From contig JBBACS010000001.1 in the NCBI GenBank assembly GCA_041656855.1, positions 3,454 to 67,453 on the forward strand: a stretch of 64,000 bases of DNA. Reading direction: 5' to 3'. A program made the translations under genes and the position numbers. This DNA comes from Minisyncoccota bacterium (GTDB taxonomy: Bacteria > Patescibacteriota > Minisyncoccia > Phycocordibacterales > GWA1-40-21). The notes beneath the pieces are model-generated. The model was not told the origin of the DNA. It searched no databases and was given only the letters and a program-made list of their open reading frames with translations. Below are positions 34,348 through 44,110 of the stretch, piece by piece (within the stretch, counting starts at the first letter, position 1; every line of letters starts with the position of its first letter).

Positions 34348-36147
34348 ATGAATTTTAAAAAATTTAAAAATGGATTTGTAATGCTTTTGACCACAATGGT
34401 ATTTATGATGGTTTCTCTTATTATTATTTTTGGTCTTACTACTCCTATAATTAAACAACTTCTTGTATCAAGAGATATTTGGAGTGCTAAACAAAGCTAT
34501 TATCTATCAGAGGCTGGGGCAGAAGATGTAATGTATAGATTGAAAGATAGTAATTTCAGTTCAAAATTAAGTGATGCAGTACCAGAAATTTTAATTATAG
34601 ATGGCTATCAAGCTGTTACTGAGATTAGTGGAGATATTTATTCTGGAAGAACAATAATTACACAATCAAATCAAGATGGATATAAAAAAACAATAGAAAC
34701 ATCTGTCATTCAAGGTGCCGGTACCTCTTTTAATTATGGGATACTTACAGGAGAAGGAGGCTTCGTTCTTACGGGAGGTTCTAGCGTAGTAGGAAATATT
34801 TATTCTAACGGGAACATTTTTGGAGGTTCAGGAGTACATATCACTGGTTCTGCTATAGCAGCTTCTGCCGGGGAAATTTTTAAAGATGAGACAAATGAAA
34901 CACCGACAACTCCTCCAAATGGTATTGTTTTTAATAATACTAAAGATACAAGTAGAGATTTTGCTCAAAGCTTTCAACCGGGGACTACCTCAGCTGTTCA
35001 AAGAATAAGTATTTATATTAAAAAAACAAATTCTCCAGGTAATTTTGTTGTAAATTTAATGTCTAACAGTTCTGGTAATCCTGGTTCTGTATTAACAACA
35101 GGTACTCTTTTAGCAAATCAGGTTACAACTAATTATGGGTGGGTAGATTTAACTTTTGCACAGAACATAACTTTAACTAAAGACACTACTTATTGGTTGG
35201 TTATTCAGGGTACAGCTAATAATAATTCTTCTGATACATATACAATTGCAGCAAATAATACATATTCAAAAGGTATGGCAAAAGTTGGAAAAGTAGGAAG
35301 TACTTGGTATAACACAAACCCGACGGGACTTGATGGATATTTTTCTGTTTATCTCGGTTCAACCCCATCAAGAATTTTTGGAAATGAAGGAGACTATTTT
35401 TATATTGGTTCAAGTTCTACGGACATAGCTTGGGCATATGATGTAAGCCACGTGAGCATGACGGGAAGTTTAAGGTGCAAGATAGGAACAAATAATGCAA
35501 ATGGAAAAGTTTGCAATACAAGTTATGATATTCCAGACACTTTGCCAATGCCAGTCTCCCAAGCAAATATAGATCAGTGGAAAGCTGAAGCTGTTGCTGG
35601 AGGAGCGCCTTATAATGGAAATTTTGTAGTTGATTGGGACGGAGATATTCTTGGTCCAAGAAAAATTACTGGAAATCTTACAGTAAATGGCGGAGGAACT
35701 CTTCTGGTAACTGGTACTTTGTGGGTACAAGGATATATTATTGTAACTGGTGGAGGAAAAATAAAATTGTCACCATCTCTTGGTGGGAATAGTGTGATAA
35801 TTTTATCCGATAAATATGTGCAGGTTGATGGAGGGGGACAGTTTGAAGGTTCGGGTACAGTAGGCAGTTATCCAGTAATAGTATCAACTTCTATTTGTCC
35901 GAATACGACACCGTGTTCAAATGGTTCGGCAGTTTCTCTTTCTGGTGGAGCCGGTGCCGTAGTTTTGAATGCTCCTTTTGGAAAAGTAAGTATTAATGGT
36001 GGATCTGGTGCACGTTCAGTAAGTGGAAATTCAATATATATAAGTGGTGGAGGCTCAGTGACTTATGAGACAGGTCTTGCCAATTTATCATTCACTAGTG
36101 GTCCATCTGGAGGTTGGGAGATATCAGGATGGGGAGAAACATATTAA
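34348..36147 (+). CDS. large pilus-associated protein (PilX/GspK-like hydrophobic N-terminus, no Glu+5)
   Basis: KNG-FVMLLTTMVFMMVSLIIIFGL; Gly-rich beta-helix-like C-terminal part. Confidence 0.6.
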   Translation: MNFKKFKNGFVMLLTTMVFMMVSLIIIFGLTTPIIKQLLVSRDIWSAKQSYYLSEAGAEDVMYRLKDSNFSSKLSDAVPEILIIDGYQAVTEISGDIYSGRTIITQSNQDGYKKTIETSVIQGAGTSFNYGILTGEGGFVLTGGSSVVGNIYSNGNIFGGSGVHITGSAIAASAGEIFKDETNETPTTPPNGIVFNNTKDTSRDFAQSFQPGTTSAVQRISIYIKKTNSPGNFVVNLMSNSSGNPGSVLTTGTLLANQVTTNYGWVDLTFAQNITLTKDTTYWLVIQGTANNNSSDTYTIAANNTYSKGMAKVGKVGSTWYNTNPTGLDGYFSVYLGSTPSRIFGNEGDYFYIGSSSTDIAWAYDVSHVSMTGSLRCKIGTNNANGKVCNTSYDIPDTLPMPVSQANIDQWKAEAVAGGAPYNGNFVVDWDGDILGPRKITGNLTVNGGGTLLVTGTLWVQGYIIVTGGGKIKLSPSLGGNSVIILSDKYVQVDGGGQFEGSGTVGSYPVIVSTSICPNTTPCSNGSAVSLSGGAGAVVLNAPFGKVSINGGSGARSVSGNSIYISGGGSVTYETGLANLSFTSGPSGGWEISGWGETY

Positions 36148-36205
36148 AATAGGTGGACCAAGCCCCTTCTTTTAAAAAACATTATTAAGTGCTATCATTT
36201 ATTTT

Positions 36206-37371
36206 ATGGAAAAGGAAACTAAAGCGATAAATATAAATATTACTCCAGAATCTATTTTTCAAGGAATAGGACTCATTTTGTTGATTTGGTTTTTATACTT
36301 TATAAAAGATTTGGTTTTAGTAGTTTTGGTAGCAGTTGTTATAGCTTCTGGAATGGAGCCTTTAATTTCTTGGTTTAATAAATATAAGATAAGCCGACTC
36401 CCTGCATCAATTATCTCTTATCTAGGAATATTTGGTGTTTTTGCAGGCCTTATATTTTTCTTTGTACCACCAGTATTGGATGAAGCTGCATCTTTGCTCA
36501 CAGAGTTACCAAAATATTTGGAATCAACAACCCTTTGGAATCCATTAAACATCAATAGTGAGAGCGTTTCAGTATCTCAAAAAGTAGTCAGTACTTTATC
36601 TGATAGCATAAATAATCCAAGCCAATTAGTTCGTGATGCTCAAAGTCAAATAAAAACAAATATTCCTAGCACCAATTTTGGATTAGGCGACCTCGTACAA
36701 AGTCTCCAAGAGATTTCTTCAAATGTTTCTAATGGTTTTATAAAAATAGTTAGCTCAATTTTCGGAGGACTCTTATCTTTTATCTTGATAGTCGTTTTAT
36801 CTTTTTATCTTCTTGTTCAAGAAGATGGAGTCGCTAATTTTCTACGTTTGGTTACACCAATGAAATATGAAAAGTATATTGTAGATTTGTGGAAGAGATC
36901 ACAAAGAAAAATCGGACAATGGATGCAAGGACAGTTTTTGCTCGGGATTATTGTTGGTGTTTTAGTATATTTAGGTCTTATGATACTTGGTGTAAAAAAT
37001 GCTTTGCTTTTTGCAGTGTTAGCTGGATGTCTTGAGATTATTCCAGTATTCGGTCCTATTTTGTCAGCTATTCCTGCTATACTCATGGCTTTTGTAAGTG
37101 GAGGTTTTACTTCAGCAATTCTTGTTTTGGGACTTTATATAATTATTCAGCAGTTTGAAAACCACCTAATATATCCTTTAGTTGTAAAAAAGGTGGTTGG
37201 AGTTTCTCCTGTCATAGTGATACTTGCTCTATTGTCGGAGCAAAATTAGCTGGATTTTTGGGTGTAGTCTTGTCAGTACCTATGGTCTCTGCTCTAATGG
37301 AATTTGTTGATGATATAGGGAAAAGCAAATCACTTTTATGGAAAAAAGCAGAAGGTCTAGAAAAAGTTTAG
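36206..37371 (+). pseudogene. AI-2E family (PerM/UPF0118) transporter interrupted by a frameshift near 37230
   Basis: ORF 36206..37249 ends ...VIVILALLSEQN*; the other frame continues IVGAKLAGFLGVVLSVPMVSALMEFVDD...EKV* to stop 37369-37371, the expected conserved C-terminus. Confidence 0.7.
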
Positions 37372-37378
37372 TAAAATA

Positions 37379-38833
37379 ATGTCTGATTCACTCTCAAAAA
37401 AATTCTATATAACGACAACCTTGCCGTATGTGAATTCTGATCCACATATTGGTTTTGCTATGGAAATTATTCGTGCGGACATGATAGCTCGTTATAAAAA
37501 GATTCAAGGATTTGATGTATTTTTTAATACTGGTACAGATGAACATGGTTTAAAAATTTTTAGAAATTCAGAAGTGAGAGGGATAAGCCCACAAAAATAT
37601 GTTGATGAGTATGCTGACAAATTTAAAGTGCTGATTCCTCTTCTTGGAATATCCAAAGATGTTGTTTTTACAAGAACTACAGATGAACACCATATAAAAT
37701 CAGCTCAGGCATTTTGGAAAGTTTGTAATGATAACGGTTTTATATACAAAAAGAATTACACTATAAATTATTGTGTAGGTTGTGAGCTTGAAAAAGCAAA
37801 TTCAGAACTAGTAAACGGATGCTGTCCTCTTCATCCAAATACAGAAATCGAACATATAAATGAAGAAAATTATTTCTTTAAGTTTTCATCTTTTCAATTC
37901 AAACTTTCAGAATTATATAAAAATCATCCAGAGTTTGTCATACCAAAACATAGACTAAATGAAATAGATGCATTTGTTGAAAGAGGATTGCAAGATTTTA
38001 GTATTTCACGATTAAAGTCAAAAATGCCGTGGGGAATAGAAGTGCCTGGGGACTCAACTCAAGTAATGTATGTTTGGTTTGATGCGCTTGTAAATTACAT
38101 TTCTGCTATTGGCTGGCCGGATGATTTGAAAAAATTTGATAAATGGCAGAGAGAAACAGGTGGAATGGTTCAATATTGCGGAAAGGACAATCTTCGTCAA
38201 CAAGCGGGAATGTGGCAAGCAATGCTTATGGCTGCAGATTTGCCTCATTCAAAAACAATCATCATCGATGGTTTTGTTACGGGTGCTGGGGGAATAAAAA
38301 TGAGTAAAAGTCTTGGAAATACGATAGATCCAAATGAAATTGTTGCCGAATATGGTACAGATGCTTTGAGATATTACGTTGCACGCGAGATTGCTCCTTT
38401 TGAAGATTCTCCATTTACAAAAGAAATGTTTAAGGATGCTTATAATGCAAACTTGGCAAATGGTCTTGGAAATTTAGTTTCAAGAGTGATGACGATGGCA
38501 CAGAATAATCTAGAAAAAGCAGTAAAAGTTGAAAAAAATCTTTTGGCAGAAGTCTTTAAATTTGAAATAGAAAAATATAATTTACAAAAAGCCACAGACA
38601 TAGTTTTTGAAAAAGTTAAAGAACTGGATGCAAAAATCCAAACAACCCAGCCTTTCAAACTTATAAAGACAGACAAAGAAAGAGCAATTGAAATAATAAA
38701 AGAATTGGTACAGGGAGTTTATGAAATAGCTGTTCACTTAGAAGCTATTCTCCCAGAGACCTCAGAGAAAATTAAACAACTTGTAAAAGAAAATAAAAAA
38801 CCAGATATTCCTTTGTTTGTAAGAAAAGACTAG
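37379..38833 (+). CDS. metG: methionyl-tRNA synthetase
   Basis: PYVNSDPHIGF (HIGH-type), KMSKSLGN, Cys-rich zinc knuckle. Confidence 0.9.
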   Translation: MSDSLSKKFYITTTLPYVNSDPHIGFAMEIIRADMIARYKKIQGFDVFFNTGTDEHGLKIFRNSEVRGISPQKYVDEYADKFKVLIPLLGISKDVVFTRTTDEHHIKSAQAFWKVCNDNGFIYKKNYTINYCVGCELEKANSELVNGCCPLHPNTEIEHINEENYFFKFSSFQFKLSELYKNHPEFVIPKHRLNEIDAFVERGLQDFSISRLKSKMPWGIEVPGDSTQVMYVWFDALVNYISAIGWPDDLKKFDKWQRETGGMVQYCGKDNLRQQAGMWQAMLMAADLPHSKTIIIDGFVTGAGGIKMSKSLGNTIDPNEIVAEYGTDALRYYVAREIAPFEDSPFTKEMFKDAYNANLANGLGNLVSRVMTMAQNNLEKAVKVEKNLLAEVFKFEIEKYNLQKATDIVFEKVKELDAKIQTTQPFKLIKTDKERAIEIIKELVQGVYEIAVHLEAILPETSEKIKQLVKENKKPDIPLFVRKD

Positions 38834-38835
38834 CT

Positions 38836-39648
38836 ATGGATATTAAATACATAGATATTCATTCTCATTTAGGTTTTGGTGATTATCAAAATGATTTTTC
38901 TGATGTTCTAAAAAGAATGGAAGACGCAGAAGTTGAAACTATCACTGTTGGTACAGATTTGGAAAGTTCAAAAGAAGCGATAAAAATTGCTGATGAAAAT
39001 GAAAATGTTTGGGCTTGTATCGGTTCTCACCCAGCTGATAAAAGAGATTTTATATTTGAAGAAAAAGATTTTGAAAGTCTAGTAAAAAATCCGAAAGTCG
39101 TAGCAATAGGTGAATGCGGTTTGGATTATTTTCATATTGAAAAAGAATTTGGAGACGGGGAAGTTTCTGAAAATAATATCAATAAAGAAAAAGAACGCCA
39201 AAAAAAAGAATTTATTAAACAGATTGAATTTTCAATAAAACACAATAAACCACTAATGTTGCATCTACGCCATGGCGTAGATGATGTTTTTGCTGATGCT
39301 TATAATATACTAAATAAATATAAAGGAAAAGTAAGAGCAAATATGCATTTTTTTGCAGGAAGCTTGGATTGGGCGAAAAAGTTCATAGAGCTAGGTTTTA
39401 ATATTTCTTTCACTGGTGTCATTACATTTGCAAGACAATATGATGAAATTATTAAAAATATTTCTTTAGATAAAATACAAGCAGAAACAGATTCTCCTTA
39501 TGTAGCGCCAATTCCTTATAGAGGAGAGAGAAATGAACCATCTTATGTTATAGAAGTTGTTAAAAAGATTGCAGAAATACGCGGGGAAAATTTTGAAACA
39601 GTACGAAAACAACTTTTACAAAATTCTAAAGACTTTTTTGGCGTTTAA
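38836..39648 (+). CDS. tatD: TatD family metal-dependent hydrolase
   Basis: DIHSHL, GECGLDY, MLHLRH, ETDSPY. Confidence 0.85.
   Translation: MDIKYIDIHSHLGFGDYQNDFSDVLKRMEDAEVETITVGTDLESSKEAIKIADENENVWACIGSHPADKRDFIFEEKDFESLVKNPKVVAIGECGLDYFHIEKEFGDGEVSENNINKEKERQKKEFIKQIEFSIKHNKPLMLHLRHGVDDVFADAYNILNKYKGKVRANMHFFAGSLDWAKKFIELGFNISFTGVITFARQYDEIIKNISLDKIQAETDSPYVAPIPYRGERNEPSYVIEVVKKIAEIRGENFETVRKQLLQNSKDFFGV
39262..39283. repeat. 22-bp perfect palindrome P3 inside tatD (same core as P1/P2)
   Basis: CATCTACGCCATGGCGTAGATG, encodes HLRHGVDD. Confidence 0.9.
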
Positions 39649-39695
39649 TTAATTCTTTGTGCTTTTTCGCTTAAATTGATATAGTTATTTTTATT

Positions 39696-40568
39696 ATGGA
39701 ACCAAAAATTCTAACAACTAAACCAAGCGCGGATTATGAGCTCATAGATAGTGGAAACGAAGAAAAGCTTGAACGCTATGGTAAATATATTGTGAGAAGA
39801 CCAGATCCACAAGCTTTGTGGAAAAAATCCCAATCTGAAACTGAATGGAAAAATGCTGATGCTATTTTTGATGCAGACAGAAAAGTTTGGAAAAAGAAAA
39901 ATGAAAGTATGCAAAATGAATGGCAGATTTCATTTGATAATCTTAAATTTAATATTAAGCCGACAGCATTCAAACACACTGGAGTTTTCCCTGAACAAGA
40001 ACCAAATTGGCAATTTATAAAATCTAAAATTAAAGATGCAAAAAGACCGGTAAAAGTTTTGAATCTTTTTGGTTATACTGGCGGAGCAACAATGGCTGCT
40101 CTTTCTGCTGGAGCTGAAGTTACTCATGTTGATGGTTCAAAATCTGCAATCACTTGGGCAAAAGAAAATGCGCAGCTTAGTGGATTGATAAATAAATCAG
40201 TTAGATGGATTATTGATGACGCTAGAAAATTTGTAATGAGAGAAATAAAAAGAGGAGGAAAATATGATGGAATAATAATGGACCCGCCATCTTTTGGAAG
40301 AGGAGGAAAAGGTGAAATATGGAAAATTGAATCTGACTTTATAAAGCTATTAGATGAATGTCAGAAAATTCTTTCTAATAAACCTTTACTTTTTATAGTA
40401 AACGGCTACGCTGCAGGATATTCTTCAAATGCTTATTATAATGCGTTGAAACCTATAGTTCTAAAATACGGAGGAATATTTGAAATAGGGGAACTTACAA
40501 TATTAGAATCAAAGGGTAAAAGACTTTTACCTTGCGGTATTTTTGCAAGATGGAGTGCTGTGATATAA
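39696..40568 (+). CDS. class I SAM-dependent methyltransferase (RlmI/RlmK-like, PF10672-type)
   Basis: LNLFGYTGGATMAALSAGA, DPPSFGRG. Confidence 0.7.
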   Translation: MEPKILTTKPSADYELIDSGNEEKLERYGKYIVRRPDPQALWKKSQSETEWKNADAIFDADRKVWKKKNESMQNEWQISFDNLKFNIKPTAFKHTGVFPEQEPNWQFIKSKIKDAKRPVKVLNLFGYTGGATMAALSAGAEVTHVDGSKSAITWAKENAQLSGLINKSVRWIIDDARKFVMREIKRGGKYDGIIMDPPSFGRGGKGEIWKIESDFIKLLDECQKILSNKPLLFIVNGYAAGYSSNAYYNALKPIVLKYGGIFEIGELTILESKGKRLLPCGIFARWSAVI

Positions 40569-40607
40569 TATAGTTCGTTTATTAGTTTTAATTAATCAAA
40601 TAAAAAA

Positions 40608-41408
40608 ATGGAAGATAAAAATATGTGTGGTGGAGATATGGGAATGATGAAACATCATATGTGCAAAAAAATAATTTTTGTTGTGATTGTAATCGCATTA
40701 ATTTTTGTATGTGGTAAAACTTTGTTTAATGACAACAATGATATCCAGAAAGATACAATAGTAGTAAGTGGAAAAGGTGAACTTACAGTTAAGCCAGATA
40801 TAGCAACAGTTTCTTTTTCAGTAATGGAAGAAAATATGGATGTGTCAAAAGCTACTGATGCTGTAAATAAACAGATTACGAATGTCATCACTGCTTTGAA
40901 AGCTGATGGAGTTGAGGAAAAAGATATTAAGACAACAGGATATAGTGTTTATCCAAGATACGATTATATAAATACTCCAGTATCTTCAGCATATCCATAT
41001 GGTGGTGGAGGAAAACAAGTGTTAGCTGGATATGATGTTACTCAAAGTATAGAAGTAAAAATTAGAGATTTATCTAAAGCTGGTAAAGTTGTAACAGATC
41101 TTGGAACTTTGAAAGTCACAAATATCAGTGGATTAAATTTTACAAATGATAAGTATGATGATTTGGTAAAACAAGCGAGAGATGAAGCTATAACTAATGC
41201 AAGAGCTGAAGCAACGAAACTTGCAAAGGCGCTTGGAGTGAGGTTGGTTAAAATAATTGGATATTCAGAGGGCGGAAGTTACCCTTATCCTGTTAAGTAT
41301 GATAGCAGAACTGTCTCTATGGGTTCTTCAATGAAATCAGAAGCAGTATTGCCAACAGGGGAAAACAAGATTACGTCTAATGTAAGCATTACTTACGAAA
41401 TAAAGTAA
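40608..41408 (+). CDS. SIMPL (DUF541) domain protein
   Basis: TM anchor; GELTVKPDIATVSFSV, GYDVTQSIEVKIRDL, ARAEATKLAKALG. Confidence 0.75.
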   Translation: MEDKNMCGGDMGMMKHHMCKKIIFVVIVIALIFVCGKTLFNDNNDIQKDTIVVSGKGELTVKPDIATVSFSVMEENMDVSKATDAVNKQITNVITALKADGVEEKDIKTTGYSVYPRYDYINTPVSSAYPYGGGGKQVLAGYDVTQSIEVKIRDLSKAGKVVTDLGTLKVTNISGLNFTNDKYDDLVKQARDEAITNARAEATKLAKALGVRLVKIIGYSEGGSYPYPVKYDSRTVSMGSSMKSEAVLPTGENKITSNVSITYEIK

Positions 41409-41431
41409 GTTTTCCTAAATAAATACTAAAA

Positions 41432-41468
41432 AGCAATGGACGGGCTCTAAAAGAGCCCGTCCATTGCT
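41432..41468 (+). terminator. intrinsic terminator
   Basis: 17-bp stem AGCAATGGACGGGCTCT/AGAGCCCGTCCATTGCT then TTTTT. Confidence 0.85.
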
Positions 41469-41567
41469 TTTTGTTTGTATTTTATGGTACTATATTTTAG
41501 TAGCCCCCTCGGGGGTTTTTAAATACAAATTTAATAAATTCACGAGCGAAGCGACTATAATTTATTA

Positions 41568-41621
41568 ATCCATCCCCACTTTTATTTTTAAATGTTTTTA
41601 AAAATAAAAGTGGGGATGGAT
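41568..41621 (+). promoter_or_regulatory. 54-nt perfect hairpin upstream of secE
   Basis: 23-nt arms ATCCATCCCCACTTTTATTTTTA / TAAAAATAAAAGTGGGGATGGAT, 8-nt loop; 3' arm overlaps ATG 41620. Confidence 0.7.
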
Positions 41622-41661
41622 GATGATTTTAAAATTCACTTCGTTCATAATAAAATCAATC

Positions 41662-41841
41662 ATGTCAAAACTATCAAATTATATTTCAGAGACAAAGGAA
41701 GAGATGAAACACGTCAGCTGGCCAACAAAAAAACAAACTTTAATGTTTACTATACTTGTGATTTTTATTTCAATCGGAGTAGCAGCATACTTGGGAGTTT
41801 TTGACTTTTTATTCCAGTTAGGACTTAAGAGCATTATATAA
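41662..41841 (+). CDS. secE: preprotein translocase subunit SecE (listed ORF starts at 41620)
   Basis: MSKLSNYISETKEEMKHVSWPTKKQ + one TM; precedes nusG. Confidence 0.8.
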   Translation: MSKLSNYISETKEEMKHVSWPTKKQTLMFTILVIFISIGVAAYLGVFDFLFQLGLKSII

Positions 41842-41850
41842 AATTATAAT

Positions 41851-42396
41851 ATGGCAAAACAAACAATAGAAAGTGGAAGACATTGGTATGCTATCCATAC
41901 ATATGCAGGTTATGAAAATGCAGTTGCAAGAAATCTAAAACAAAGAATAGATTCTTTGAACATGAACGACAAAATTTTCAATGTCGTTGTTCCTGTTGAG
42001 AAGAAAATAAAAATAAAAGGAAATAAAAGAGTTGAGGAAGAGGAAAAGATATATCCAGGTTATATTTTAGTAGATATGATAGTCACAGATGAATCATGGT
42101 TCGTAGTTAGAAATACACCAAGAGTTACAGGATTTGTTGGGACAGGAGTTCACCCAGTACCACTTTCACAAAAAGAGGTAGATTTTTTCCTAGGAAATAT
42201 GGATGTGAACAAAGTGTCTCATGCTGTAGATTTCGTTACTGGAGATACAGTAAAAATAGTAGATGGACCATTCAAAGATCTTGAGGGTAAAATAAGTGAA
42301 ATAGATGGAGAAAAAGGTAAAGCAAGAGTAATGGTGCTTATGTTTGGAAGAGAAACATCAGTAGAATTAGACCTTTTACAGATTCGCAAAGCGTAG
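41851..42396 (+). CDS. nusG: transcription antitermination factor NusG
   Basis: NGN domain (HWYAIHTYAGYEN), KOW motif GDTVKIVDGPFKDLEGKI. Confidence 0.9.
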   Translation: MAKQTIESGRHWYAIHTYAGYENAVARNLKQRIDSLNMNDKIFNVVVPVEKKIKIKGNKRVEEEEKIYPGYILVDMIVTDESWFVVRNTPRVTGFVGTGVHPVPLSQKEVDFFLGNMDVNKVSHAVDFVTGDTVKIVDGPFKDLEGKISEIDGEKGKARVMVLMFGRETSVELDLLQIRKA

Positions 42397-42466
42397 TTTG
42401 TTTCTTTACTTTTCAGATTATATTTGATAAGTTAGACAAGCCTCTGATTAACTAAATAACAAAAAA

Positions 42467-42889
42467 ATGGCAAAGAAAATACTAAAAAAATTAAAACTTC
42501 AAATTCCAGCAGGAAAAGCTACACCAGCTCCACCTATTGGACCAGCTCTTGGACAGGCAGGTATAAACATTGGTGATTTCGTCAACAAGTTTAATACTGC
42601 TACAAAATCACAAATAGGAGATACATTACCTGTAGTTATTACAGTTTATGAAGATAGATCTTATGATTTTATCTTAAAGACTCCGCCAACCGCTGGAATG
42701 ATATTGAAAGCTATTGGAAAGGAGAAAGGTTCTGGAAAGCCAAATACAGATAAAGTTGGAACCATAACAAAGGCCCAAATCAAAGCGATTGCTGAAAAGA
42801 AAATGGTAGATATGAACGCAAATGATATAAATGCAGCAATGAAAATGGTAGAAGGAGCAGCAAGAAGTATGGGTGTTGATGTAAAATAG
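42467..42889 (+). CDS. rplK: 50S ribosomal protein L11
   Basis: [22 protein letters not shown]. Confidence 0.95.
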   Translation: MAKKILKKLKLQIPAGKATPAPPIGPALGQAGINIGDFVNKFNTATKSQIGDTLPVVITVYEDRSYDFILKTPPTAGMILKAIGKEKGSGKPNTDKVGTITKAQIKAIAEKKMVDMNANDINAAMKMVEGAARSMGVDVK

Positions 42890-42911
42890 TTAAAATATAA
42901 AAATACAAAAA

Positions 42912-42932
42912 GGCGGGCCGTAAAGGCCCGCC
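42912..42932 (+). terminator. intrinsic terminator after rplK
   Basis: GGCGGGCC-GTAAA-GGCCCGCC then TTTTT. Confidence 0.85.
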
Positions 42933-42974
42933 TTTTTGATTGTATTTCTTTTTAAAAGTTATAAAATTGTAGTT

Positions 42975-43469
42975 ATGGAAAATGCCAAACACACAAGGCC
43001 AAGTTGGGATGAATATTTTATGAATATTGCTCATACAGTTGGAGAGCGTGCAACTTGTGATCGTGGCAGGACGGGCTGTGTGATAGTAAAAGATAAACAT
43101 ATTATTTCTACCGGATATGTTGGAGCACCCGCTGGGTGTGAGAGTTGTGATGATTCAGGCCATGAGATGAATACTGTTATTCATGAAGATGAATCTCAAA
43201 CTAGACACTGCATAAGAACCACTCATAATGAACAAAATGCTATTTGTCAGGCAGCCAGATTTGGTGTTAGTACTGATGGCTCAACTTTATATTGTATGAT
43301 GACTCCTTGTTATACATGCGCAAAATTAATAATAAATGCGGGCATAAAGAGAGTAGTAGCTGAGAAAGATTATCATGCGGGAACACGAAGCAAAGAAATT
43401 CTTAAAGAAGCTGGGGTGAAATATGAATTGTTAAATGAAGAAACAATTACTTATTCTGATATGAAATAA
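42975..43469 (+). CDS. dCMP deaminase (listed ORF starts at 42936)
   Basis: Cytidine/deoxycytidylate deaminase zinc motifs HNEQNA and PCYTCAKLI. Confidence 0.85.
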   Translation: MENAKHTRPSWDEYFMNIAHTVGERATCDRGRTGCVIVKDKHIISTGYVGAPAGCESCDDSGHEMNTVIHEDESQTRHCIRTTHNEQNAICQAARFGVSTDGSTLYCMMTPCYTCAKLIINAGIKRVVAEKDYHAGTRSKEILKEAGVKYELLNEETITYSDMK

Positions 43470-43471
43470 AT

Positions 43472-44032
43472 ATGTCAAAAATAATTATTGGTCTTGTTGG
43501 ACAAGTTGCGTGTGGGAAAGAAGCTGTAAAAAAATATATAGCTCAAAAATACAATACAGAAGATTGTAAATTTTCCAATCCGTTAAGAGATGTTGTAAGA
43601 AGATTGGATATTACTGAAAGTAGAGAAAACCTTCAGAAACTCTCTACAATATTGCGTGGAAGTTTTGGCGAAGATATACTAGCGAAAGTTATTGCCATTG
43701 ATGCATCAAAATTAAAAGCAGAAATTGTGATAATAGATGGGGTAAGAAGAATGGCAGATATAAAATTTCTGAAAGATTTACCAAACTTCTACCTTATAAA
43801 AGTTGATGCAGATGAAAAAACTAGATACGAAAGAATGAAAGCAAGGAATGAAAATGCGGGAGATTCTGGAAAAACATTTGAACAATTTTTAACTGATCAG
43901 AATAATGAAGCTGAAAAAGAAATACCCATTGTTATGGATTTTGCAAAAATAAGTATAGATAATAATGGCACCTTGGAAGAATTATATTCTAAAGCTGATA
44001 GAATAATTGCTGAAATTTTGTCTAAATATTAA
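43472..44032 (+). CDS. P-loop kinase-like protein (dNMP kinase-like; low confidence)
   Basis: IIGLVGQVACGKE Walker A-like; sits within the pyrimidine nucleotide cluster. Confidence 0.45.
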   Translation: MSKIIIGLVGQVACGKEAVKKYIAQKYNTEDCKFSNPLRDVVRRLDITESRENLQKLSTILRGSFGEDILAKVIAIDASKLKAEIVIIDGVRRMADIKFLKDLPNFYLIKVDADEKTRYERMKARNENAGDSGKTFEQFLTDQNNEAEKEIPIVMDFAKISIDNNGTLEELYSKADRIIAEILSKY

Positions 44033-44110
44033 TAATTTTCTTCTTGCTTTTTACCTTGATAAGAATTATCCTTAAGCTAGGAAAGTTCTCAAAAAATATG
44101 GAGGTGATAT

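Noticed and set aside
41620-41661. N-terminal 14-codon extension of secE (ATG 41620)
   Set aside because: These codons lie partly inside the perfect hairpin and add a hydrophobic peptide atypical for SecE. MSKLSNYI... at 41662 fits the family better, though the upstream ATG cannot be excluded.
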